The notes under the pieces are model-generated. The model was not told the DNA's origin, ran no database searches, and saw only the letters and a list, made by a program, of their open reading frames with translations. Below, one piece after another: positions 21,101-31,739 of a DNA stretch of 64,000 bases; position 1 is the stretch's first letter; each line of letters begins with the position of its first letter. Position numbers and translations under genes: made by a program. The DNA comes from Scyliorhinus canicula (Eukaryota), in the NCBI RefSeq assembly GCF_902713615.1, contig NC_052157.1, forward strand, positions 61,220,146 through 61,284,145. The letters run 5' to 3'.

Positions 21101-22573
21101 CAGCAGACAGGCGATCTCGTGCCCATTGATCTTCACGGTTGTCGAGGCGGTGGCTACATTCTGCGGGCGACACTGGTCAATCGTGACCGAGGCGAGTCGC
21201 GGCTGGTCGTCGCTGGTGTCGGACGATGGGCCCGGGTCCTGGTACGATGGTGGTGCCCATGTGCCATGGGGGAGACAAGATGGCAGCGCCTGATGATGCT
21301 GAGGAGGACAAGATGGCGGCGCCCACGGGCCGCACGTGGCGGGGGTTGAACAAGATGGCGCCGCCCATGGACCGCAAGTGGTCCGAGGCGGGGAAGATGG
21401 CGGCGCCCACTGGCCGTGCGTGGTCCAAGGAGGAGAAGATGGCGCCGCCCACTGGCCGTGCGTGGTCTGAGGAGGGAAAGATGGCAGCACCCACTGTTCG
21501 TACGCCGGGGGGGGGGGGGGGGGGGGGGGGGTCGGAGCGATAGTGGCGACTGAGCGGGCCTGGCACACCGCAGCGAAGTGCCCCTTCTTGCCGCAGGCCT
21601 TGCAAAGGGCCCTGCATGCCAGGCATCGTTGACAGGGGTGTTTTTGTTGCCCACAGAAGTAACATCTGGGGCCCCCAGAGTTTGCTGGCTGGCGTGTGAT
21701 ACAGGCGTAGGATTGGCTGAGTGTGGTCCCCGGTGGGGTGGCCGTCTGCGGAGGCCACGATGCGTAGGAGGAGTGGGCCATGCGGGCGGGGGTGTTGGCC
21801 TGGATATTGAACAAGGTGACCATCATCAATAGCGCCAGCTTTTTGGTCGCCGCGGGGTCGAGCGTGGCCTCCTCTACAAGTCGCAGGTGATGTGGTCTGA
21901 CCCTATCCCCGTAACGAAAGTGACCCGCATGAGGCACCTCGAATGTTCCGTGGCCGGGACGGCCTGACAGTCACAGTCTCTGACCAGGGGAATTAAAGCA
22001 CGCCAGAAACCTTCTACGGACTCACCAGGGGGTTGACTATGAGTGGAGAGGATGTGTCTGGCAAAGAGCCTGTTCGTCCGCTGGGCGTAGTTCTCTTTCA
22101 GTAGCGCCATGGCTTCATCGTAGGTCGGCGCGTCCTGGATAAGCGGAAAAACGCTGGAGCTCAGCTGCTTGTAGAGGATCTGGATCTTCTGAGCTTCCGG
22201 AATTGGTCCTGGTGCAGACCTGATGTAAGCTTCGAAACAAGCTTGTCAATGTTCAAAGGCCTTTTTGGCGTTGCTTGATTGCAGATCCAGCTGCAGGCGA
22301 TTCGGCTTGATGTGGAGGTCCATCTTCTGAAAACTTTAGTATAATAAATTCATGCACGATCAATTGCACAAAGACGAGAGTTGAATACAACTGAGGCTTT
22401 ATTGCTCTAAAATTGTGCCTTCCTACAGCAGGTGGTGAAATGGCTGCTGTACTGGGAGCACACATATTTATACTCCACCTACTGGGCGGAGTCAGCAGGC
22501 AGGAAGTACCGTACCTGTAGTACAGGGCCTTACCACACATCTCCTAATATACACATCAGTGGTGACTACCACA
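18165..22573 (-). mobile_element. Ty3/Gypsy LTR retrotransposon 2 (same clade as element 1, more decayed); LTRs ~18165-18342 (truncated) and 22365-22573
   Basis: LTR copies roughly 85-90% similar, PPT next to the 3' LTR, and gag (ATG 22323)-PR-RT-RH-IN fragments with many stops and frameshifts. Inserted in the 33-bp array; no clear TSD. Confidence 0.92.
18429..22323 (-). pseudogene. Disrupted gag-pol of element 2
   Basis: ORF fragments: CCHC knuckles and protease-like LLGSGS (20846-21937), RT (20417-20818, 20105-20341), RNase H (19502-19738) and integrase DFKGP/SDRG/GQVE (18775-19296). Confidence 0.9.
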
Positions 22574-25500
22574 TTCCCTCAGTACTGACTCTTCGACAGT
22601 GCAGCACTCCCTCAGTACTAACCCTCTGACAGTGCTGCATCCCTTAGTACTGACACTTTAAGATTGAAGCGGTCCCTCAGTACTGACCCTCTGACAGCGC
22701 AGTGCCTCCTCAGCACTGTCCCTCCAAGAGTGCAGTGCTCCCTCAGCATTGGCCCTCTGACAGTGCAGCACTCCCTCACTACTGACCGTCTGACGTTGCA
22801 GCACTCCCTCAATACTGACCCTCTGTCATTGAAGCACTCCCTCAGTACCGACCCTCTGACAGTGCAGCACTCACTCAGTACTGACCCTCTGACAGTGCAG
22901 CGCTCCCTCAGTACTGGCCCTCTGACAGTGCAGCACTCCCTCAGAGCTGACCCTCTGAGTGTAGCACTCCCTCAGTACTGACCCTCTGACATTGCAGCAC
23001 TCCCTCAGTATTGACCCTCTGACAGTGCAGCACTCCCTCAGTACTGACCCCTCTGACAGTGCAGCACTCGCTCAGTACTGACCCTCTGACAGTGCAGCGC
23101 TCCCTCAGTACTGGCCCTCTGACAGTGCAGCACTCCCTCAGAGCTGACCCTCTGACAGTGCAGCACTCCCTCAGTACTGACCCTCTGACATTGCAGCACT
23201 CCCTCAGTACTGACCCTCTGACAGTGCAGCAGTCCCTCAGTACTGACCCTCTAACAGTGCTGCACTCCCTCAGTACTGACCCTCTGACAGTGCAGCACTC
23301 TCTCGATGCTGACCCTCTGACAGTGCAGCACTCCCTCAGTACTGACCCTCTGGCAGTAGAGAGCTCCTTCAGTACTGATCCTCCTGTACAGCACTCCCTC
23401 AGTATAGATCCTCTGACAGTGCAGCACTCCCTCAGTACGGACCCTCAACAGTGCAGCACTCCCTCAATGCTGACCCTCCGAAAATGCAGCACTCCCTCAG
23501 TTCTGACACTCTGGCCGTGCAGTACTCCTTCAGTGCTGACTCTTTAGAACTGACCCTCCGAATGTACAGCCTTCCCTCAGTACTGACCCTTAGACAATAC
23601 AGCGCTCCCTCAGTACTGTCCCTCTGACAATTCAACACTCCCTCAGTACTGACCCTCTGATCGTGCATCACTCCCTCAGCACGGACCCTCGACAGTGCAG
23701 CGCTCCCTCAGTACGGACCCTCAACAGTGCAGCACTCCCACAATACGAACCCTCATCAGTGCAGCACTCCCTCAGTATGAACCCTCTGACAGTGCAGCAC
23801 TCCCTCAGTACTGACCCTCTGACATTGCAGCACTCCCTCAGTACTGACCCTCTGACAGTGCAGCACTCCCTCAGTACTGACCCTCTGACAGTGCAGCACT
23901 CACTCAGTACTGACCCTCTGACAGTGCAGCGCTCCCTCAGTACTGGCCCTCTGACAGTGCAGCACTCCCTCAGTACTGACCCTCTGACGGTGCAGCACTC
24001 CCTCAATACTGACCCTCTGACAGTGCAGCCCTCCCTCAGTACTGACCCTCTGACAGTGCAGCACTCCCTCAGTACTGACCCTCTGACAGTGCAGCACTCC
24101 CTCAGTACTGACCCTCTGACTGTGCAGCACTCCCTCAGTACTGACCCTCTGACAGTGCAGCACTCCCTCAGTACTGACCCTGTGACAGTGCAGCACTCCC
24201 TCAGTACTGATCCTCTGACAGGGCAGCACTCCCTCAGTACTGACCCTCTGACAGTGCAGCACTCCCTCAGTACTGACCCTCTGACAGTGCAGCACTCCCT
24301 CAGTACTGACCCTCTGACAGTGCAGCACTCCCTCAGTACTGACCCTCTGACTGTGCAGCACTCCCTCAGTACTGACCCTCTGACAATTCAGCACTCCCTC
24401 AGTACTGACCCTGTGACAGTGCAGCACTCCCTCAGTACTGATCCTCTGACAGGGCAGCACTCCCTCAGTACTGACCCTCTGACAGTGCAGCACTCCCTCA
24501 GTACTGACCCTCTGACAGTGCAGCACACCCTCAGTACTGACCCTCTGACAGTGCAGCACTCCCTCAGTACTGACCCTCTGACAGTGCAGCACTCCCTCAG
24601 TACTGACCCTCTGACTGTGCAGCACTCCCTCAGTACTGACCCTCTGACAATTCAGCACTCCCTCAGTACTGACCCTGTGACAGTGCAGCACTCCCTCAGT
24701 ACTGATCCTCTGACAGGGCAGCACTCCCTCAGTACTGACCCTCTGACAGTGCAGCACTCCCTCAGTACTGACCCTCTGACAGTGCAGCACACCCTCAGTA
24801 CTGACCCTCTGACAGTGCAGCACTCCCTCAGTACTGACCCTCTGACAGTGCAGCACTCCCTCTGCCCTTCTTTTCTTCTTTGAAGAATATTGAATACTTA
24901 ATTTGTTTTTTTCAACTAAGGGGCAATTTGACATGGCAAATCACCTAACCTGCACATCTTTGGTTGTGGGGGTAAGACCCATGCAGCCATGCGGAAAAGT
25001 GCAAACTCCACAAGGACAGTAACCAGGGGCTGGGATCGAACCCACGTCCTCAGCGCTGTGAGGCAGCAGTGCTAACAATGTGCCACCATGGCGCCCAGCC
25101 ACCTCCTCTGCACTGCTCCGACAGTGCAGCACTCCCTCAGAACTGGCCCTCCAATTGTGCTGCACTCCAACAGTACTGACCCTCTGAAATCAGAGCACCA
25201 TCTCAGTGCTGACCCTCTGACAGTGCAGCACTCCATCCGTACAGACGCTCAGACAGTGCAGCACTCCCTCAGTACTGACCCTCCGACAGTGCAGCACTCC
25301 CTCAGTACTGACCCTCTGACAGTGCAGCACTCCCTCAGTACTGACCCTCTGACAGTGCAGCACTCTCTCGGTGCTGACCCTCTGACAGTGCAGCACTCCC
25401 TCAGTACCGTCCCTCTGACAGGGCAGCACTCCCTCAGTACTGACCCTCTGACAGTGCAGCACTCCCTCAGTACTGACCCTCTGTCAGTGCAGCACTCTCT

Positions 25501-26603
25501 CAGTACTGACCCTCTGGCGTAGAGAGCTCCTTCAGTACTGATCCTCCTGTACAGCACTCCCTCAGTATAGATCCCCTGACAGTGCAGTGCTCCCTCAGTA
25601 CTGACCCTCTGACAGTGCAGCTCTCCCTCAATGCTGACCCTCCAAAAATGCAGCACTCCCTCAGTACTGACACTCTGGCCGTGCAGTACTCCTTCAGTGC
25701 TGACTCTATAGAACTGACCCTCCGAAGGTACAGCCTTCCCTCAGTACTGACCCTTAGACAATACAGCGCTCCCTCAGTACTGTCCCTCTGACAGTGCAGC
25801 ACTCCCTCAGTACTGACCCTCTGACAATGCAGCACTCCCTCAGTACTGACCCTCTGATCATGCATCACTCCCTCAGCACGGACCCGCGACAGTGCAGCAC
25901 TCCCTCAGCACTGATCCTCCAATAGTGCAGTGCTCCCTCAGTACGGACCCTCAACAGTGCAGCACGCCCTCAGTACTGACCCTCTGACAGTGCAGTGCTC
26001 CCTCAGCACTGATCCTCCAATAGTGCAGTGCTCCCTCAGTACGGACCCTCAACAGTGCAGCACGCCCTCAGTACTGATCCTCTGACAGTGCAGCACTCCC
26101 TCGGTATGAACCCTCAACTGTGCAGCGCTCCGTCAGTACTGACCCTCCGTCAGTGCTACACTCCCTCAGTACTGACCCTCTGACAGTGCAGCACTTACTC
26201 AGTACTGACCCTCTGACAGTGCACCCCTTCTCAGTACCGACCCTCAACAGTGCAGCACTCCCTCAGTACGGACCTTCAACAGTGCAGCACTCCCTCAGTA
26301 CGGACCTTCAACAGTGCAGCACTCCCTCAGTACGGACCTTCAACAGTGCAGCACTCCCTCAGTCCGGACCCTCAACAGTGCAGCACTCTCTCATGCAGAG
26401 ACCAGCACATTGTCAGTCCCAACTGGACTGTACTTTGTAAGCCGTTCCCTTCCATAGGTAGACTTTTTGTGACCGTGGAATAAATCAAAATTCGCCCGAC
26501 TACTCCATGAGCTTCCTGGGTTTTCATAGGTTTCTGAATCCCCTGTGTATAATGTTCATCTTTTTCTTTAATTTGGATTTAATTAACCTTGGCAAAAACT
26601 GAC

Positions 26604-26909
26604 CTTGTCCACCGACAGCCTGTATTTCCAAACGTCTCTGTATGCGTCTGCCCCCTTGACTATTCACCACTGAGCAGTTTACCATCTGTACCGTCATGTT
26701 GCTCCCTTTGATGATTAATGTGCTGGTTACCAATGAACCGGCCCTGGCCCACTCTGTCTCATAGATGCCATCCGATCCCTTCTGTCCGAGGGTCCTTCCC
26801 GGCATAGACCACGTGATGTTAATTGAAGCGTGAGCACGGACGAGACAGAGGCAGGTGAGGTTGGTCAGATACTGTGTACATCTTGACTCTGGCAAGATGA
26901 CAGCCCCAT
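26604..26909 (-). CDS. Siglec/MAG-like receptor, membrane-proximal Ig domain 4 exon (306 nt, phase 1-1)
   Basis: cccacAG|AT acceptor, CAA G|GTcagt donor. (Y)GAVILPESRC...TCLCLVRA...ITW...VTSTLII...VNCSVVNSQG resembles the 4-Cys membrane-proximal domain of MAG/Siglecs. Confidence 0.9.
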
Positions 26910-26999
26910 CTGTGGGATACAGATCAGAGGAAAACTGCCTTTTAATGTATCCCATGTTTTAAAAAGATTTTTACTATTAACTTATGGGATGTGTGCATC

Positions 27000-28310
27000 A
27001 CTGGTTAGACCACCATTTATTGCCCATCCCTAGTTGTCCTTCAGAAGGGGGCAGCACAGTAGCATAGTGGTTAGCACCATGGTTTCACATCGCGAGGGTC
27101 CCAGGTTCGATTCCCAGCTTGGGTCACTGTCTGTGCGGAGTCTGCATGTTATCCCCGTGTCTGTGTGGTTTTCCGCCAGGTACTCCGGTTTCCTCCCACA
27201 AGTCCCGAAAGACGTGATATTAGGTAATGTGGACATTCTGAATTCTCCCTCTGTGTACCTGAACAGGTGCCAGAATGTGGCGACTAGGGGATTTTCACAG
27301 TAACTTCATTGCAGTGTTAATGTAAGCCTACTTGTGGCAATAAAGATTATTAAATTAAAGGTGGTCAGTTGCTTTCTTGAATCGCTGCAGTTCTCGAGGT
27401 GTCGGTACACCCACTGTGCTGTTGGGGAGGGAGTTCCAGGATGTTGCCCCAGCGACAGTGAAGAAACGGCTGATATGTTTCCAAGTCAGGATGGTGAGTG
27501 ACTTGGAGGGGAACCTCCAGGTGGTGGGGTTCCCAGGTAACTGCTGCTCTTGTCCTTCTAGATGGTAGTGGCCGTGGGTTTGGAAGGTGCTGCCCATGGA
27601 GCCTTGGTGAGTTACTGCAGTGCATCTTGTAGATGGTACACACAGCTGGTGGTGGAGGGAGTGAATGTTTGCGGAAGGGGGAACAATCAAGCTGGGCTGC
27701 TTTGCCCTCGATGGTGTCGAGCTACTTGAGTGTTTCTGGAGCTGCACTCATCCGGACAATGAATAGTATTCCATTACACTCCTGACTTGTGTCTTGGAAA
27801 TGGTGGACAGGCTTTGGGCAGTGCGGGGGTGGTGGTGGTGGTGTTGGGGGTGGGGTGGGGGGGGGGGGGGTGGGGGCGGGTGGCGTCAGAAGGTGAGTTA
27901 CTTGCCGTAGGATTCCTAGCCTTTGACCTGCCCAGGTAACCACAGTATTAATATGGCTAGTCCAGTTCAATTTCTGGTCAATGGTAACCCCCAGGATGTT
28001 AATTGTGGGGGATTCAGCAATGGTAATGCCATTGAAAGTCAAGGGCTTGTGGTTCGATCCTCTCTTGTAGGAGATGGTCGTTGCCTGGCACTCTTATGGC
28101 ATGAATGTAACTTGGCACTTGTCAGCCCGAGCCTGGATATTTACAGATCTTGCTGCATTTGGACACGGGCTGCTTCATTATCTGAGGAGTCGTGAATGGT
28201 GCTGAACATTGTGCAGTCATCCGCAAACATCCCCACTTCTGACCTTATGAGGAAGGGGCGTCATTGATGAAGCAGCTAAAGATGGTTGGGCCGAGGACAC
28301 TACCCTGAGG
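27000..28310 (-). mobile_element. 5'-truncated CR1/L2-group non-LTR retrotransposon
   Basis: RT C-terminal remnant (INILGVTIDQKLNWTSHI, ORF 27722-28042). Same-family plus-strand copies lie at ~30530-31300 and 41860-42900. Confidence 0.8.
27046..27355 (+). mobile_element. V-SINE with a gtggcgactagggg...ttcacagtaac tail, inserted into a LINE 3' end
   Basis: tRNA-like head and V-domain; the LINE sequence continues on both sides (27000-27045 and from 27356). Confidence 0.8.
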
Positions 28311-28939
28311 AACTCAGACACACTATAGCAATAGGGAATTCTGATGGAATACTGCACTTTATCAAAAGGAAGCAGGTTCGCAAAGAGGGCAGGTGTTGAT
28401 GCTTTAGCTTTATAAGTCTCCACTCAGACTCCCTCTGCAGTAACTGGGTTCAGTTCTGTGCCCCACATCTCTGGAAGGAGATATTGTCCTTGGAAGTGGT
28501 GCAGCAGAGATTGACCAGAATGATCCCAGAGTGAAAATAGTTAAATTCTGGGGGGAGGTGGCACAAACTAGGTTTGTATCCCTTGAGTCTAGAAGATTAT
28601 GGGGTGATCAAATCCTCTCAGGATCTTGTATGTTTCAATAAGATCATCTATCATTCTTCTAAGTTGCAATGTGTAGGATTCAAACTGTTCAACCTTTCCT
28701 CGCATGCTAACCCCATCATCCCACGAATCAGGTTAGTGGGCCTTCTCTGAACTGCTTCTAATGGAATTATACCCTTCCTTAAGTAAGGAGACCAAAATTC
28801 TATACTGCGACTCCAGATGCAGTCCCACCAGGAGTCTCACCAGTGCTCTCCAGTTGCATAAGATGTTATTACATTTATACTTAAACCCCCTTGCAATAAA
28901 CAACAACATTCTATTGACCTTCCTCATCACTTGCTGAAT

Positions 28940-29287
28940 GGGGGCAGCACGGTAGCCTTGTGGATAGCACAATTGCTTCACAGCTCCAGGGTCCCAGGTT
29001 CGATTCCCGGCTGGGTCACTGTCTGTGTGGAGTCTGCACATCCTCCCCGTCTGTGCGTGGGTTTCCTCCCGGTGCTCCGGTTTCCTCCCACAGTCCAAAG
29101 ATGTGCAGGTTAGGTGGATTGGCCATGATAAATTGCCCTTAGTGTCCAAAATTGCCCTTAGTGTTGGGTGGGGTTACTGGGTTATGGGGATAGGGTGGAG
29201 GTGTTGACCTTGGGTATGGTGCTCTTTCCAAGAGCCGGTGCAGACTCGATGGGCCGAATGGCCTCCTTCTGCATTGTAAATTCTATG
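28940..29287 (+). mobile_element. V-SINE (HE1-like), young subfamily
   Basis: Nearly identical to 29839-30182 and to the reverse complement of 40989-41341. Confidence 0.85.
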
Positions 29288-29423
29288 AACTGCATGTATC
29301 AGGAAATGACAGATTAATCATTTGAGTTTGCATTCAGGATTCTGATTTGCAGAAGAAGATATTTATTGTTGTTTGGTATTACAGAGCATGAGTATTGGTG
29401 AAAAAAGAGACATTCTGTCAAGT

Positions 29424-29750
29424 ATAGCACAGGACAAGAAACCAAATATCAAAGTGAACAACAATTTATACTGCAGGGGAAGAGAGTGCTGACTGGTTGG
29501 CAAGTGGTCACTTGTCCACATTGTCCTCGTTTTGTCTACTTTTATCCACCCCTGCCCACATTTGTCCATAATTATCCACTGTTTTTCTACAATTTGTTCA
29601 TAATTGTGCACAATTTATCCACACTTACCTACAATTTGTCCACTATTGTCCACAATGTGTCCACTATTGCCACTTGCCAACCATTCAGTACCCTCACCCA
29701 TGCAGTTTAAATTGTTGCTTACTTTGAGATTTGATATTCCTGTGATTCTG
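29424..29750. mobile_element. MITE/fold-back element with ~80-bp imperfect inverted arms
   Basis: The left arm caaatatcaaagtgaacaacaatttatactgcagggg...gactggttggcaagtgg mirrors the right arm; the core 26 bp match at 23/26. The spacer is a tccac-rich microrepeat. Confidence 0.65.
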
Positions 29751-29838
29751 TCCTGATCAGGGTGAAAAACTTTGACAGAATTTTGCCAGCAATACTCAAG
29801 AAGATATTTGCTGCATCTGGGATATTGGAGAAGATGTG

Positions 29839-30182
29839 CAGCACGGTAGCCTTGTGGATAGTACAATTGCTTCACAGCTCCAGGGTCCCAGGTTCGATTC
29901 CGGCTTGGGTCACTGTCTGTGTGGAGTCTGCACATCCTCCCCATGTGTGCGTGTGTTTCCTCCGGGTGCTCCGGTTTCTTCCCACAGTCCAAAGATGTGC
30001 AGGTTAGGTGGATTGGCCATGATAAATTGCCCTTAGTGTCCAAAATTGCCCTTAGTGTTGGGTGGGGTTACTGGGTTATGGGGATAAGGTGGAGGTGTTG
30101 ACCTTGGGTAGGGTGCTCTTTCCAAGAGCCGGTGCAGACTCGATGGGCCGAATGGCCTCCTTCTGCACTGTAAATTCTATGA
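29839..30182 (+). mobile_element. V-SINE (HE1-like), young subfamily, ending 44 nt from the domain-3 exon donor
   Basis: Same sequence as 28940-29287. Confidence 0.85.
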
Positions 30183-30225
30183 AAATGTGGAATTGTTTTT
30201 AAAAGTCAAGATTAAAAGTACTCAC

Positions 30226-30483
30226 ATTCAGTGGGAATCCTAATGGGCAGAGACTGGGAACTGCCCATTAAATTTGTTGCTTCGCAGTAGTAGGAGATTT
30301 CCTCTTTTAATCCATTAGGAACCACAATAGTTTGACCAGCCAGCTTCTCATTTGTGACCTCTTTTTGGGAGATCTTGAACCAGGTGAAATTGTGGACTGC
30401 TGGATTTCCGTCACTGGAACAACTTAAATAAATCCTCTCTCCTTTTTCCAATATCATTCTGACAGACGTGTTGCGGGGAGAAT
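30226..30483 (-). CDS. Siglec/MAG-like receptor, Ig domain 3 (C2-set) exon (258 nt, phase 1-1)
   Basis: ttgaaAG|AT acceptor, GAA T|GTgagt donor. (Y)SPRNTSV...LSCSSDGNPAVHNFTWFK...YYCEATNLMG is a typical CD22/Siglec C2 domain. Confidence 0.92.
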
Positions 30484-30529
30484 CTTTCAATACAAAATTA
30501 TCAACAGATTAACCACTGAGCTAAAGTCA

Positions 30530-31300
30530 GTAATGACACCCCATCCACTACTCTCCCCACCACGCTCTCCACCACTGACCCACAGTGTCATCTGTGTGTA
30601 CCATCTATAAGGTGCACTGCAGTGCCAGCAACTCACCAAGGCTTCTTCAACAGCACCTTCCAAACCCACAACCACTGCCACCTAAAAAGGACAAGGGCAG
30701 CAGATACCTGGGAACCCCACCACCTGGAGGTTTTCCCTCCAAGTCACTCACCATCCTGACTTGGAAATATATGAGCTGTTCCTTCACTGTCACTGGGTCA
30801 AAATCCTGGAACTCCATCCCTAACAGCACAGTAGGTGTACCTACACCACAGGGACTGCAGGGGTTCTAGAAGCTGGCTCACCACCAACTTCTCACATGAT
30901 GTACGAAGCAGGCTTTTTACGCAGATGGTGGTGAGAGCCTGGAACGCGTTGCCAGGGGAGGTTGTGGAAGCAGATACATTAACGGTATTCAAAAGGCATC
31001 TTGACAAACACATGGATAGGATGGGTATAGAGGGATACGGCACAAGGAAGTGTTGAGGGTTTTGGCTAAGGTTGGTATCATGACCGGTACAGGCTTGGAG
31101 GGCCGAAGGGCCTGTTCCTGTGCTGTATTGTTCTTTGTTCTGAAGGGGCAATTACTGATGGGTAATAAAAACTCCTGGACTGGGCAGTGAAACTTGTGAA
31201 AGAATAAAGAAAAGAACCAGATGTTGAGTCAGAAATTGACAAAGAACCAGATACTAATGATGGGCAATAAATGCTCACCTAGCCAGTTGTGCACATGACC
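30530..31300 (+). mobile_element. LINE 3' fragment interrupted by a CR1 3'-end insertion (~30900-31140)
   Basis: Similar to the reverse complement of 27356-27660; the insert ends in a (tgttct)n CR1-type tail. Confidence 0.65.
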
Positions 31301-31391
31301 CATGAATGGATAAAAATATAAATGAACTCTTGGAGATTGAAAATCCAGATTTGAGTAGAGGCTCTATATAATCCAGGAAAGAATACTGCTC

Positions 31392-31596
31392 TAGCTGGTT
31401 TAGCTTAGTTGACTGGACATCTGGTTTGTGACACAGAGCTAGGCCAGCAGCATGGGTTCAATTCCCAGACCGGCTCAGGTTATTCATAAAGGCCTGCCTT
31501 CTCAACCTTGCCTCATGTGACCCACAAGTTAAATTACCAGTCATAGGGGGAAAGCAGCCTATGGCCATCTAGGACTATGGCGACTTTACTTACTTA
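31392..31596 (+). mobile_element. Diverged tRNA-derived SINE
   Basis: gctggtttagcttagttg...gggttcaattccc head resembling the 2511/9557 family, with a different 3' part. Confidence 0.55.
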
Positions 31597-31739
31597 CAGC
31601 TCCAACACCAGCACATGGATAAACGCTAAATATTCCTGACAAGCAGATACTTTTGCACATGATTACATCAAGTCTACAACTGGCCATGTTCCATCTGCTC
31701 CGTGTTGCCATTACTGCTCCAGATGAGCATCCTCCCATC

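Larger units (their letters stand above)
16860..26400 (+). repeat. 33-bp satellite (cagcactccctcagtactgaccctctgacagtg), C-rich orientation; blocks 16860-18150 and 22574-26400, split by element 2 and a SINE at ~24905-25097
   Basis: Directly visible; gives the TVQHSLSTDPL pseudo-ORFs. Confidence 0.95.
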
